A stretch of DNA of 64,000 bases. Source: Camelus dromedarius (taxonomy: Eukaryota). Position numbers and translations under genes: made by a program. Of the stretch, positions 35,681 to 48,456 are shown piece by piece. The stretch's first letter is position 1; the number at the start of each line of letters is the position of its first letter. The notes beneath the pieces are model-generated. The model saw only the letters and a list, made by a program, of their open reading frames with translations. It was not told the origin of the DNA and did not search any database. The stretch covers positions 15,004,001 through 15,068,000 of the forward strand of contig NC_087453.1 in assembly GCF_036321535.1 (NCBI RefSeq), read 5' to 3'.

Positions 35681-36789
35681 CTAGACCTTGAGCTCTTACT
35701 CAGCCAGACACCTTCTCTGCTTCTCTGACACCTTTCTGCTGGGTAAGGGTCTGTGTACAGCTCCCTTCCCTTGTGCCTCCTGTTTAGCTCTCTGGTCTTC
35801 CTAATTAAAGGGAAAATTTTTAAAAGAAAGAATTGGATGGTTCTTTGCAACTCACCAGGGCACCTAGAAGAGTGCTCTGCACATGGTGGGTGCTGACAGG
35901 AAAACTGAGGTCCTTAGTTCCATGTCTCCAGGCCCAAGAAAAAAGAAATTAAACCTCTATGAGTTGTTTAGTCTTGGGATGACCAGGACCACTTCTGATC
36001 CTGTGAGTTCATCTTATCAGTAAAAGTCTAATGCCATTATGGTGGGCTAGGACTAAACCTTTGATCTGCATTTGGGCAACTGGCTAGCACTGACAAAATT
36101 GGGGAGTATGGCTGTTGTAGTTAAAGTTGGACTGGCAACCAGGACTGAATACAGGTATCTGATACCTGGGTCAGTTCTGGCTCTGCCTTACACACTTACC
36201 CTCTGTGATCCTCAGTGTCCTCTTTTCCTGGGAGTTGGGAGGGAGAGAAATGTATGAGGGTAGCAGGGAGTTTGTTACTCCATGTTCCTCTCCTACTCTT
36301 TCAGAGGTTAAAATAACCCTTTTGGTGTTGGAGAGTCAGTTCTTGTGCCCTATTTCCCAGCTCCACACTTAAGACAGGGGTACAGTTGGAAGGATGGGAC
36401 TTTGAGAGCGTGGTGTTTCTCCCTACCCTCCTTCCCTAAGAAATTGGTGAATTGGACACCATTTTTAACTTGGTGTAAAACTGGGATTTTTTTTAACTGA
36501 GCCTGCACTGAGGAATTAAAATATAGGTCTGCCCAGAACCTCTCCCCTAGTTCACAGGGCCCCAAGGGTTTAGGAACGGATGTTAATTCCCCTGTGGTCT
36601 GAGGAGAGTGGCTCAGTTGTAGGACCACTTCAGGCCTGTTGGGGGAGCACAGGCTAGTCTTGCTGGTCTGGTATCTTAGAATCATCAGGTTCTGCCTGTA
36701 TGTGCATCTCAGCCTGAGATGAACTCTAGAACTGCCCATTCTCCCTGTGATTCAAGGTAAAAATGCTGTAGATGGAATGCTGTGGGTAG

Positions 36790-37285
36790 GACTTGGTCAG
36801 AGTCCCAACAGGAAATTTGGTGTTCTCAATTTAACATAATTATGGGAGAGTTAATTTAAAGAGGTGTGGGTGGGATGTAGAGGAAATCTCAAGGGACAGA
36901 GCAGGAAGCCAGAGTTATGGTAATGGTGGAACTAACACCGCCGCTAGCTGCAGTGGGACAGGTGGATGGAGTGGTTATCAGAAACCAGAAGAGATTGTCA
37001 TTTAGAAGAGGCCACCGTGAGAGGAGCAGTGACTTTTGATTGAGGGATACAGCCAGCTGAAGTGGAACACTTGAATTCCCTAACCTCACCCTTTCCTCGT
37101 CCCCCTCCCCACCCCGTTCCCTTCCCCTGACCTCTTTCTGGGACTCAGCATTGGACAGTCTCCAATAGAAGTCATAGGGCACAGGGGCCTGTTGATGTGA
37201 TCCCTGAAGAGCAGCCTGCTGGGGCAGGAGCAAGGTAGAGAAGGGCAGGGAGTGCATCTGGGGAGCAATAGGGAGATATTTCATA
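36790..37285 (-). mobile_element. ERVL solo LTR (LTR33/LTR16-like)
   Basis: gtcagagtcccaacaggaaa...gagggatacagccagc...gagcagcctgctggggcaggagcaaggtagagaagggcagggagtgcatctgggg. Confidence 0.6.
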
Positions 37286-39129
37286 GTGGATAGAGCATGT
37301 GTGCGTGTGTGTGTAGGTGGAATGGAAGGTGGGGAAAAAAGAGTAAGATAAACATTTCTTGAGCATCACCATGTGCTAGGGGTTTCTCATAACCCAGTCA
37401 CCTTATGCGATAAGTAGAAGGATTTCCATGTTCTAGATGTGGAAAACTTAAACCCAGATCTCCTGGCCTTAGTCAGCTCAGTCCTGGTGACCCCTGTGGT
37501 GACAGAAGGTAGCCAGATAGTCCTCACATCTGACTCTCTGAGCCCATTCCAGAAAGCCACAGTTCACGGCATTGCTGGGGAACCGGGCGGACTATAAAAG
37601 AGCTGCTGTGTATTTTTTTTCCCTTCACATCTATGAACTTGAAGAGAAGGGGAAAGAGGAGGAAAAAAACTCAACTTGGCATGAATGATGTTAACTGAGA
37701 TCAAATAAGGTGAAAAGCAAAATAAAATCCAGAAATTTAGCTTTGCTTTTACCCAAAGTTCATGGGCGGCTGCTGTACAAAGTCCTTTTTACTTTCCACA
37801 AATGTTAAGCACTTTTCATAACATGAATCTCATTATCTTTATTTTTGGTGTTTATGAAAAATAACTTTATAAAAGACAAAGAGCCAATTGAACATTAAGA
37901 TCAAGCTATGTGTCACCTTCGTGATTTCATTTCTTGTTAATGTACAAATTATTATACTTAAGAGTTAAAATTATTTTGGTTCCTGATACATCATTGTAAA
38001 ATTATTTATTGAATAATCAACAGTGAAATAGAAATTCTAAATAAAAAAGAATCCTAACAGCCTAGAAAATAAACTTCAGTTTTTTTCTAGTTTTTATTAT
38101 ATGCATACATAAATTTTACATGGCTAGAATTGTGAAAGTTTACATTGTTTTCTCATCATTATGAGCATTTTTCCATATTGCTATATAACCTTCATGATTA
38201 TTTATAATGGTTTATCAGTTTACCTTAAATAACATCCAACAAGTAGGAAAAGGTTTATTTACCCTGCTTTGTGCCATAAAAAAGATTGGTGGTTTTGTTG
38301 AACATTTAAGTGGTTTATTTATTATTTTTCTCTATAAACTTCATTCATTTGAATCTTTGTGCGTCTAGTTTCCACACCCCCTCCCTCTTTTGTTCTTTCT
38401 GGCAGAGGGAAAGGAGTTTTTATTTTTTTCGGGTAACTTCTCAGAAGTGGGATGTATACTCTGAAGGTATATCAAGGAACATTAAATATAGTAGTTTTAG
38501 AGATTGCTGAGAGAAGCAAGATAACAATTAAAATGAGTCATTAAGCAGAGTTGTTGCTTAAAATGTTAATGTGGGTTTTTATTAAATCCTAGGTTTAAAA
38601 AATTACTGCTAAAAGAGAAATTAGACACCATTTATATTTACATTCAAAATTTAGCTGAAACCCTAAGTTGTGATTAAGTTTTAAAAAATTTGTTCTTGGC
38701 TAAATTGAATATAGCGTAATTCTGAACAAATCTTGTATTTGATTAATGATATTGGCCCTGGTTATCTTGCAACCCTGGAATATTAGCATTGGCCTGGGAG
38801 TCCCCTGGACTGCTCTTTGGGAGGCATGTATCCCCTCTCCAACCCGTTCTGCTCAGCCCTGGGCAGCCTGGCCGCTTCCATCTGTGCACCCCTTTACAAA
38901 GCTGGAGCCCTCTGACCAGAGGGGCTTCCTTGTCTAGTGCTCTTGTTCGTCCACTTGCCTTCCATCTGCCACTACTCTGTTTTCTGGAACAACAGACACA
39001 TTTCTTCCACTGGTCAGGAAACTTCAGAAAGTCAGAGAGCAGTTCTGGTTTTCGCTGTCTGTCCTTAGCTCCTGGCGTAGTGCCTGGCACATAGCAGACG
39101 CTCAAAAACACATTTGAAGGATGAAATGT

Positions 39130-40095
39130 CTTGAGACAGTCCTTCAAATGTGTGAATACAACCACCGTGTCCCCACTTAGTTGCCTCTTCTTTGGATTTA
39201 ATGTCCTCCAGCTCAGCCATTCCTCATGAGAGACTCGCCAGATCCCTTTCCCTCCAGTCAGGTTCTCACCATTGTCTGTGGCCACAGTTTGCTGTCAGCC
39301 ACTCTGTTAGTATATGTGACTAGATCTGCAGCCCGTTCTCCACAAGTGGTCTGATTTGCAGTAATACAGTCAATTATTCGTTTTTCTTTTTCTTTAGCAG
39401 ATCCTGGTTGCTTATTTCTTTTCACGTGATCTGCTGTCAAGCCTGGCCTCTTCCAAGAGGTGCTTGTGCAGTTGAGTGTTTCCTTCTGGATTAGTGTCAC
39501 TTGGGATTTGACGAGGGCTCTTCAGCATTCAAAGTGCGAAACAGAGGAGGCCCACTGAGGAGCTCTGTGGAAATGTCCCTCCAAATTGACAGTAATCCCC
39601 TAATCCCATGCTTTTTCAAACTGTGATGTGCATACAGATTACCTGGGGATTTGGTTAAAATGTGTTCTGATTCAGTAGGCCTGGGTGCAGCCTGAGATTC
39701 TGTCTTTGTAACAAGTTGCCAGGGGATGCTGATGCTGCAGGTCTCTTAGGTCATACTTTGAGTAGCAAGGCCCAGTTTTGGGGAAGAGTTGTTCATGAGA
39801 AAAAATTCCTTCAATATTTGGATAGTTGTGCTGTGCCCATCAGAGCCCTCAGCAGATACTATCTGGTGCAGGTGCTTGACCCCATACTCAGGTTCATCTT
39901 CCTACCTCACTAAATAAATGAAGAAAACGAGACTGGTGCTGTTTTGGCCACTTCCAACTCGTGTGTACCTCTCTGTGCATGTTTGGTGGGACCCTTTATT
40001 CCAGCCTGACAAGCTGTTATCCAACACATTTGGCATTTTTTCAAGTTGCTTGTCATCTGGACATTTGATAAAGTGCTCATGTAAACTGAGCATTT
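39130..40095 (-). mobile_element. CR1/L3 LINE remnants (~39130-39300 and ~39900-40095), interrupted by MER5A
   Basis: Minus ORF 39902-40093 reads FIKCPDDKQLEKMPNVLDNS, a decayed CR1 reverse-transcriptase segment of the KFADDTKL type. Confidence 0.65.
39607..39771. mobile_element. MER5A
   Basis: ttcaaactg...attacctggggatttggttaaaatg...tctgattcagtaggcctggg...tgctgatgctgcagg...catactttgagtagcaagg. Confidence 0.85.
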
Positions 40096-41496
40096 AAAAA
40101 ATTATTATTAATATGGTATACTTTCATATACCAGAAAGTTACCCAAAGAGAAACTAAATGGGTACTTAGTTTGTTAAAAATTGGTTATAAAATACAGGGT
40201 TCCTGATAAAATTCTTTTATACGAAGTATTATGGAGCATCCAGATTTTTTTTACCCTATTGGAATTTGGAGAAAATGGGTGCATTGTTGAAGTTACATTC
40301 CTAAGCTGAAAGATACTCATGTAGCTGGCAGCGTTTCAGTGGTATATTAGCAAGTGAGCTCTAGAACCCCGGGTGGGGAGGTCATGAGCACCTGATCCCC
40401 CTTTTCTGCAAGCTTTTAATCTCTTAGTTTAGGGGACAGGTACTTTTCTTCTGCCCTTTACAAGGCAGGTAACACTGTGATCAAGACTTTTTTGGTCATT
40501 TTAAGGGATAATTATTATGTCAAAATTTAGAGAACAAAGCGTTTATATTTGCTTATTGTGTAGAATTTATTGTGACCTGGTCAGTAGGGTGTGTCTCTGC
40601 ATTAGGGATTCCTAACCTCTGTGAGATGAGCTAGTTCCTCAAAGCCATGATTTGATTAAAGTTCTTGAAAGCGAAGTTTTGCTTTGAATCATTCTGCAGC
40701 TCTAGGGGCAGGGGCCTTCTGAACTCAGAGTTCGGGCTTAGAAACTGACTGTCAATTCTCCTTCCCTGAGCAGGCCTCTGGGGTGCAGTGTTCTCAAGGT
40801 GAGAGGATATCAGAGTCACTTTCAAAGTGCACCCCACTCACTCTACCCAGTGCCTTAGTCATGGCAGTGTATAGCCTGGTTGGTGCAGTTATCACAACGC
40901 ACACACGTTCTCACAGAGCCATACAGCTCCAAAATTTTACCTGGGTAGGCCACCTTTGCCTATTTTGAATATAGTAGGTATGGCTACCACCCTGGAAGGT
41001 ATGCTGCCCACGGAATATCAAAAAAACCCTCTCTCCCTGTGCTCTCAAAGCCCTTAAGCCCCAAGTTCATCATTTGAACATATGGGGAGACATAAGGAGA
41101 GACACGTTGTTGCTGTAGTTCACTCATTAATTTCCTCCCTTTCCTTGGTGGTTTTCCAAGGTCAATCAGATGTCTCTCTGTTCTTTCAGCTGCTCAAATG
41201 CAAGCACAGTGGTAGCAGCAATTATGTTTTCCCTTTAACAGTTTTTTATTACAGTAATTTTCAAATATGTATTATGGACCTCCATGAACTCATCACATAA
41301 CCTCAACAATATCAACATCTTTCTAATCTTATTTCATTTATTTCCCATCCCTCTTCATTCTCTTTCCTACCCACTACCATACAGGGTTTTCCCCTTGCCC
41401 CCCCACCCCATCTTCTGATCTTTTAAAGCAAATTCCAAATGTTCTGTCATTTCATCTGTAATACTCAGTATATAACTTAACAGAAATTTGGTAAAA

Positions 41497-41625
41497 CTTT
41501 TTATTGAAGTATAATATACATAAAGAAAAATGAACATAAGTGTAGAGGCTGGTGAATTTTTACAAACTGAATGGACCTATATAATCAGCACCCAGATCAA
41601 GACACACAGCGTTACCAGCACCAAG
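41497..41625 (-). mobile_element. L1MB7/8-type 3' stub
   Basis: ttttattgaagtataatatacataaagaaaaatg...ataatcagcacccagatcaagacacacagcgttaccagcacc. Confidence 0.75.
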
Positions 41626-42959
41626 CTATAGACTTTTCTGGATAAATTCAGTGTTAATCTCCAACTTGTCCTTTATTAAATATTCTAAACCTATTCTGGT
41701 GCATAATTAAAACTTTTATGGTATGTCTGAAGTTTTAAGTAAATATAGGTAAGTTTTCATCCTAGATACATAAAATAGAATTTGACTAACTCTATTTAAA
41801 AAAGTTATTAGTCTCCATGAGTTGATTACTTCACCACTATTGATTAATATGTTTAGATAATTTTGACTCCCAAATACTATACTAAAGACAGTGTCTTCCA
41901 AACATGTCCCAAAAGTTGAATCCTGTAACTAGACATTAAATTAGGAAACCCCAATCATAGGAGAAAGACAACAACAACAATACTAAAGCCTTGAAATTAA
42001 TAATAATTAGACTGCTTTATTTTCAGTGAAAAATAAGCAGTAATGCCCATATTCAATCCAGGCTAAAAACTAATGACTTGAATGTATTAACAATGTTTGA
42101 GTAATAGTGCTTCAAAAGACCTATAACTATAGTGCCACTAACATACCTAAAAATAGCAATAAATTCTTTAGTATCATCTAATACTCAGTTTACTAAAATT
42201 TTCCTTATTGCACAAAAATGTTTTTTTTACTTCATGCTTTAGTTGATGGCCCATATAAAACTTATTGTAGGTTTGAAAGATATATTTTCTAATCTATCTT
42301 TTATTGTTTTCATATTACCCCTGATTTCATTTAGTGCTTATGCTCTGTGCTTGCTAACTTATTAACAAAGAAAAATGTAGTCATTCTGTCATAATTATTG
42401 CATCTTTGGTTAGAAGAGATCTTAAAAATTGACCCAGCCAACCTTTCTAAACCTGTACTAACTGGGTTTAGTATAACACCTACTTACAGACATTGCTGTA
42501 ACCCTCCTTCAGTAAAGTCATTTGTATTATTCTGGATTTGCCTTTCTCTGGCAGCATTTCTCATCTACCTCCACATATTCTTAAAGTTCTGTGTGAATTC
42601 TATTCTCTTATCTTCCCCTTTTCATGTGGGTAAGTCAGCTTGAGGTTATGTGACTCCCCTTTTCAGGGGGAAAAAGAAGCCTGGGTTCAAATCTCAGTTG
42701 TCCCACTTACTGTGTGACCTGAGGCAGTGTATTTAACCTCCCCAAATATTTGTAACATGTCTTTACTTTTTCAGTGGACTGCATTAAATAATACCACAAA
42801 TTATTTAAAATATCCAAAAGCTCCCCAAATTTGTAGGCAGGAAGAAAATTATCAGGTCTCTGCCTATCTTACCTAATTACAACTTAGGGAGCATTGCCCA
42901 AGGAGCCAGGATGGGAGGTTCCTAGATGCAGAAAGTGGGAGAGGAGACACAGGAAAGGA

Positions 42960-43260
42960 AATGGTAGCTAATATTTACTGAGTGCCTGTAATCACTTTTC
43001 CATGTTCTCATTGGACCTCATAGCAGCCCTGGTGATTTTATGATCAGAGAAACATTGACTCTGCCAGGGTAGCCAGGTGGTTAAGAGGAATAGTCTGGAT
43101 TGAAAACCTTGCGTTGCCACTGTGTGACCTAAGGCAGGTCCCTTGGCCTCTCTGTTTCTGATTCCTCGTCGGTAACACGGAGGCAAGGAGCATCCGTTCC
43201 ATAGAGTGTTGATGAGGATTAGATGAAATGTGTAAGGTGCCACACACACAGTACCCGATA
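42960..43260. mobile_element. Head-to-head MIR pair
   Basis: gctaatatttactgagtgcc (minus) followed by gtggttaagagg...tgtgtgacctaaggcagg...gatgaggattagatga (plus). Confidence 0.6.
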
Positions 43261-44679
43261 TGTGATCAGCATTCAGCAAGGCAAACTGCTGTTTATCCTT
43301 TACTTCTTTTTAGACTTAACAGTCTTTTTAAAGGAAGGCTATGGAGTTTTAGTAGCTTATTAACATTCAATATTGTGAACACAGATTTAGTAGATTTTCC
43401 AACAACCACAACAGAACTTTATCAAACATATGAGTGCTTTCCTTTCAAACCGGTCATATTGAAGCCCCCTTACTTATTCCAGTGTTTCCTTTGCCTCAAA
43501 ATGTATTTGGACTTCTTTTTACTAATTTTTAATCTATAGGTTTTTTTTTTTTTTGCTAAAATTACTACTAGGATGAAGATGAATACTTACATAATTACAT
43601 TTATTTATTCAACAAACTTTCATTGACTGCCTGCTATTTGTCACCTACTGCTGGACACTAGGGTTATTTATAGCAGTGAACAAGTAAGAACATTTCCCTG
43701 TGGCATTTGTAATCTAGGGGGCAAAAAGCTTTCACCATCTTGGATTGTGTAAAAAATGTGACAGTGCTAAATGACATTGTTAAAACTGCTGAAAGGAAAA
43801 ACGTGCAGATTTTGGAATTTTTTGTAGCTATATCCATATATCCAATACTTTCATTGGTACAAGATCACATCCATGATACATTGCCCAAAGGAAGACAGAT
43901 TCCTTCTTTATGAGTAGAATGAGATGTAATGAGGGAGACACCAATCTGTATCTGTGCAATGATGCCCTTTAAATACAAATTTGGAGTAAAACAAGGAGCT
44001 CCTTTATTTCTTCTCTGCTTGACTGTGACTTTGCAGCCACTCATTTATGAACTTGAAATAGGAAGCACAGTTACATTAAATAACACTATTGAAACTAAGT
44101 TATCATTCACCAGTGGCCTGGTGATAATTAAAAATGGTTATGTACCCAAGAATATTTGTTAGGGTCCATTAGTTAGCATGTCTAAAAAGTGTGTTGATTT
44201 CTTAAAACTTTCCAAATATTTGTGTTTATTCAATTTTAACACCTTAATGTTAAATAATTGCAAAATACATACATAAGTAACATATGTAAATCAACATAAT
44301 TGTAGAGTCCTGAAATTCACAGGGGCTTTAAAGATAATTTAGGGTGGTGACACAGTGCAAAAATGCCCTCAGCCTATACCCAACACCTCTGGTGATGGAG
44401 AATGTTTAACTATAGACCAGAGGTCATGGGCATATACTAGAAAGATGGGAATTTGTCTAAGACAGGAGTGGTAGTTACCTATGGGAAGCTTTTGGGCCCT
44501 ATCTGTAAATACAGTGTTTGGCTAAGACTTAGCTTCCACAGTCCAGTTTCTGCCTGTGGACCTCCAGTTTTAGCCCTTCCAGTAAACTTTGGCATTGGCT
44601 AGAGAAATATTCCAAGATCTTGTTGGCTTTCTAAATTTGTAATTAACCATTATAGCATACAGTTTTAACCATATATTCA

Positions 44680-45090
44680 ATTAGCTAATATTTATTAAGT
44701 GTCCATGGTGCATGAATTGTGTAAGATATGGTAGCATGGAGCAAAACTACCATCAATGGAGATTTCAAGTTTATGAATTAGTGGCTCTAAAGTTGGAGTC
44801 AAACGTGAAATAGAGGAAATGGATCAGGTCTGGGGAAGACAGCGTCTCTGGCTTGAGACACATTGAACCTGGAAGGCAATGGGCCATCCGAGAGCAGATA
44901 ACTGCTGGGCAGCTGGCTCCATAGTTGGGAGAAAGGCGGCTTTGGGGACTGTTGCCATGGAAGGTGGGACTTGAAGCAGTTGGAGGAGAGAAGGTCAGCA
45001 ATAGAAAGTGAGTGGTCTGAGAGAGTCTAGGATGGCAGGATGCTTGGTGCCTGCTAAGTACCAAGTAAATGTTTATGAATTCATTTATCA
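44680..45090 (-). mobile_element. L2 remnant plus terminal fragment
   Basis: atttattaagtgtcc...; ggtgcctgctaagtaccaagtaaatgtttatgaattcatt. Confidence 0.45.
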
Positions 45091-45845
45091 ACAGCTGTGT
45101 TCCTTTTGAAGTAGTTCTGTAATCAACTTTCCTTATTCGGTAATTGTAACATTGTGAACCAAGTACAATTTTCTTATTTCTTTGGGGAAACTCTTTTCTA
45201 TTTCAAAGGTTTGAGAAATGGAGGTTTTCGTGTAATAACCTTTCCTTTTTTTTTTCTTTTTAGATTTCTATAAGTAATTCACAAACTCATAACAGTCAGA
45301 AAATACACAAGTATAGAGAATAAAGTTTGTCCCTTTTACCTCTCTCCTCACTCTTTCCCATCTTTTTCTATGACTTTCCATGAAGTGTCCCTAAGAGAAG
45401 CTGTGTTCTGAGCAGCATCTGGGTTGGAGATCAGAGAACACGATTCCTCTCGTGTGTCTTTGACTCCCAGTGACCATGGATGACTTTATACTAATGTTCA
45501 GTGACTGCCTCCCCAGGAGATGTACTTGTTTGCCCTTAGTGGTAGGTGGGTGACCTTGCCTTTATAGGAAGTCATTCAACTGCATAGTTTGTACATAGCT
45601 GGAGCGCCATATTATGGACTTTAGGAAGCTCTGTTGCAGCTGGACAGATGTAGATTGGGGGAAAATCTCATTTTTAGGGTATAGAAAATCACTGGTGTGT
45701 GAGTACGTGTGTATGTGTGTGCTCAGGCACACACACACGTACCCGGATGGGATGCCTAAAGAGTTGTGAAGTATCTTTAGTGCTGCACTGAATTTTGGAT
45801 ATTATTACTTGTACCAGTCTCTAGTTGATCAAAATAATTATCTTT

Positions 45846-46060
45846 TTAAAAAAATTTTTTATTGATTTATAATCATTTTACAATGTTGTGTCAAATTCCA
45901 GTGTAGAGCACAATTTTTCAGTCATACATGAACATATATATGTTCATTGTCACATTTTTTTCTCTGTGAGCTACCAGAAGATCTTGTGTATATTTCCCTG
46001 TGCTATACAGTATAATCTTGTTTATCTATTCTACAATTTTGAAATCCCATCTATTTCTTC
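45846..46060 (-). mobile_element. Young camelid L1 3' stub with perfect 16-bp TSD
   Basis: CAAAATAATTATCTTT at 45830-45845 and 46061-46076 flanks ttattgatttataatcattttacaatgttgtgtcaaattccagtgtagagcac... Confidence 0.9.
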
Positions 46061-46399
46061 CAAAATAATTATCTTTAGGGAATGTTAGTGAGAAGTAGTC
46101 ATGAGACAGTGTACATTTTAGTAGGTTCCCCATTCGCCCAGTTTTATTGCATGTAATGGACCTAAGTTTCTAGAGTTGATGTTTGGCCATCATTTGGAGG
46201 TAACCTTGTTAGAGGCAGTAAGAGCCTAAATGTGTCTAACGTCTCCCAGGATTGTCTCCTCAGTGTTAAATATGCAGAAGAATAGGTGCTCGAGGAAGAT
46301 TGTTATTTGGTAGGGAGGATGAGAAGAGAAATTATGTGATTGCCCTTAGTGTTTGCAGCGTATCACGGGATCGAAATGAAAATGAAACATTGGTCCAGA

Positions 46400-46830
46400 G
46401 CAAAAGCACTGAAAGGGTATATACTGTTTGACAACTTACTAATCTCTGGTCTTCCCCATCTTGGTAAAATAGTACCTTCCTGGACTTGGGTGTTCAAGTC
46501 AGAAACCTGGGAGTCATCTTCAACAACTCTGTCCCTCACGCCCACTCCACCCAGAAGGCTGCTGATCCCACCTCCAGCACACGGCAAGGCCACCCTCACG
46601 CCAGCGCCCCCGTGCGGGTTGCTGCGCTCACTGCGCGGCGTCCGCGGCAGCCTTGCTCTCGTGCACCTCTCCCCGGCATTCCGCACTTCGGCCAGAGTGA
46701 TCTTTTTGGAGACATAAATCAAGGGTGGATTTATGCTTGCTTAAAACTCTTAAATAGTTTCGCACTGCACTTACGATAAAAGTTTTAAATCCCCAACTTG
46801 GTCTGCAAGGCTATGTGTGACGTAGCCTCG
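46400..46830 (+). mobile_element. L2 fragment carrying a CpG-rich core
   Basis: caagtcagaaacctgggagtcatctt...gccagagtgatctttttggagacataaatca...gcttaaaactc...tgcacttacgataaaa are L2 hallmarks. Confidence 0.75.
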
Positions 46831-46929
46831 GACTAACTAACATTACCTTGAGTCCTCTCACCTCCATTTAGCACCATCCATCCAGTTCTGGAGCCACGGC
46901 ATCCTTATATTTGAACCTTACTTTTTCTG

Positions 46930-48320
46930 TAGGCATCACAATTCAGTAGCATTTATGTTTCCCAACACGAGTAAGAAGAGACTTTAAACCTATGTCTACT
47001 TCTCTTTTCCTCCTCCTTTTGTCAGTTTCTGATTATTTTCTATATTATGCCTGTTTTCTTTCAAGAATTCTTATTAATAGTTGCCTTGTATTTCACATTA
47101 TATTTGGGCAGTAGTTGTTGAGATTTAACTATAGGTTTTACTTATTTCTTTGATCAACACTGCTTCTTATATCTCAATTTGACTTTTATTTCTTAAGTTT
47201 CTTTCTTTCTTTCTTTAAATTTTTAAAAAATTTAAAAATTGAAGTATAGTTAGTTTACAATATTGTGTCAATTATTTGCTTATTTTTAATGGAGGTACCC
47301 GGGATTGAACCCAGGACCTTGTGCATGCTAAGCACTCTCTCTCCCACTGAGCTATACCCTCCCTCCTATTTCTTAAATTTAATTAATTAAGCTTTGCTAA
47401 GATACAACTTTGAGTCTCTTCTCCTACCTCTTCCCCCCCAACCCCCTGAAATGTATGGGTGGTGAACTGCATGGAGCTCTTACATACCCCAAAATATCTT
47501 CATTTTGCCTTCTTACTTAAATGGTGGTTTTAGGGGGATATAGGATTCCAAGTTTAAAATGATTTTTTCTTTAAAACTTTGTAGAAATTGCTTCATTTGT
47601 GTTTTAGCATCTGATGTTACAGGTAAGTCTGGTGCAAACCCACTTTTCCTTTTGTCATGGTTAGCACTCCCACCATCCTCCCCCACCTTATGTTGCCAGG
47701 GTCTCTTTATTTTTGCAATTTAAAAATTTCACCAAGTTGTATTTAGGTGTTTCTTTTTTTCAATGTTGTTATAAACCATTGACAGACCCTTTCAACTTAG
47801 CACCCAGGTCCCTCTTCAACTCGGAGAAGTTTGGTCCTCTTCTTTCTTTGGTAATTTTTTCCCCCTCCATCCTCTTCCTTTTAAAAAGCTAGACATTTAT
47901 TAGATTATGTTGGATCATCTAGACTTATTCTTCCCCCAACCCCCTACTGGCTTGGTATGGAGGAATTTATCAGTTCAATCTTCCAGATCATTACTTCTAG
48001 TGGAAAAGGTCTGTATCACCTTTTGCTATACAGACCTCTGTTGAGGGATTTAAAAAATTATTTTGTTTGTAGTTTTGTTTCTTTATTCTTCACTAGTAAC
48101 TTTTAGTATTGCTTTCCCCTACCTTAGTATCTTTAAAGATGTTTGAAATGGCATCTTCACAGATCTTTCAGAGAATACTAAAATTATTTTGTTTCCTTTG
48201 TTAACCCGGCTTCCTCTTGGCTTGGTTCCTCTATTCAATTTGGTGCCCCTTTTCAGTCCATTGTTTTTCTTAGTATTTTATTCTTAGTTGGTTTTCTGTT
48301 CACATTTCTGAATAAGGATC
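46930..48320 (-). mobile_element. Old L1ME ORF1-region remnant
   Basis: aaaatatcttcattttgccttc...ggatataggattccaagtt...ttttagcatctgatgtt...aatttcaccaagttgtatttagg. Confidence 0.6.
47197..47366 (-). mobile_element. Camelid tRNA-derived SINE (Vic-1-like) head joined to a 35-bp L1 3' tip, all inside one 10-bp TSD
   Basis: Minus strand: A box TAGCTCAGTGG, B box GGTTCAATCCC, then ttgacacaatattgtaaactaactatacttcaatt and an (AAAG)n tail; TATTTCTTAA at 47187-47196 and 47367-47376. Confidence 0.85.
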
Positions 48321-48325
48321 CAGGT

Positions 48326-48456
48326 CAGCAGTTTTCAATCCTAAGGGTACATTACATTATCTGGAGAGCATTTAAATACAAATGCCTGCCTCCTCATTCC
48401 CTCTATAGATGCTGATTTTCTTTAGATTAATGTGGGGCCTAGGCAATTGGCATTTT
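48326..48456. mobile_element. MER5 left part (right part at ~49305-49350)
   Basis: cagcagttttcaatcc...ctggagagcatttaaatacaaatgcc...ggggcctaggcaattggcatttt; compare the intact copy at 57178-57340. Confidence 0.6.
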
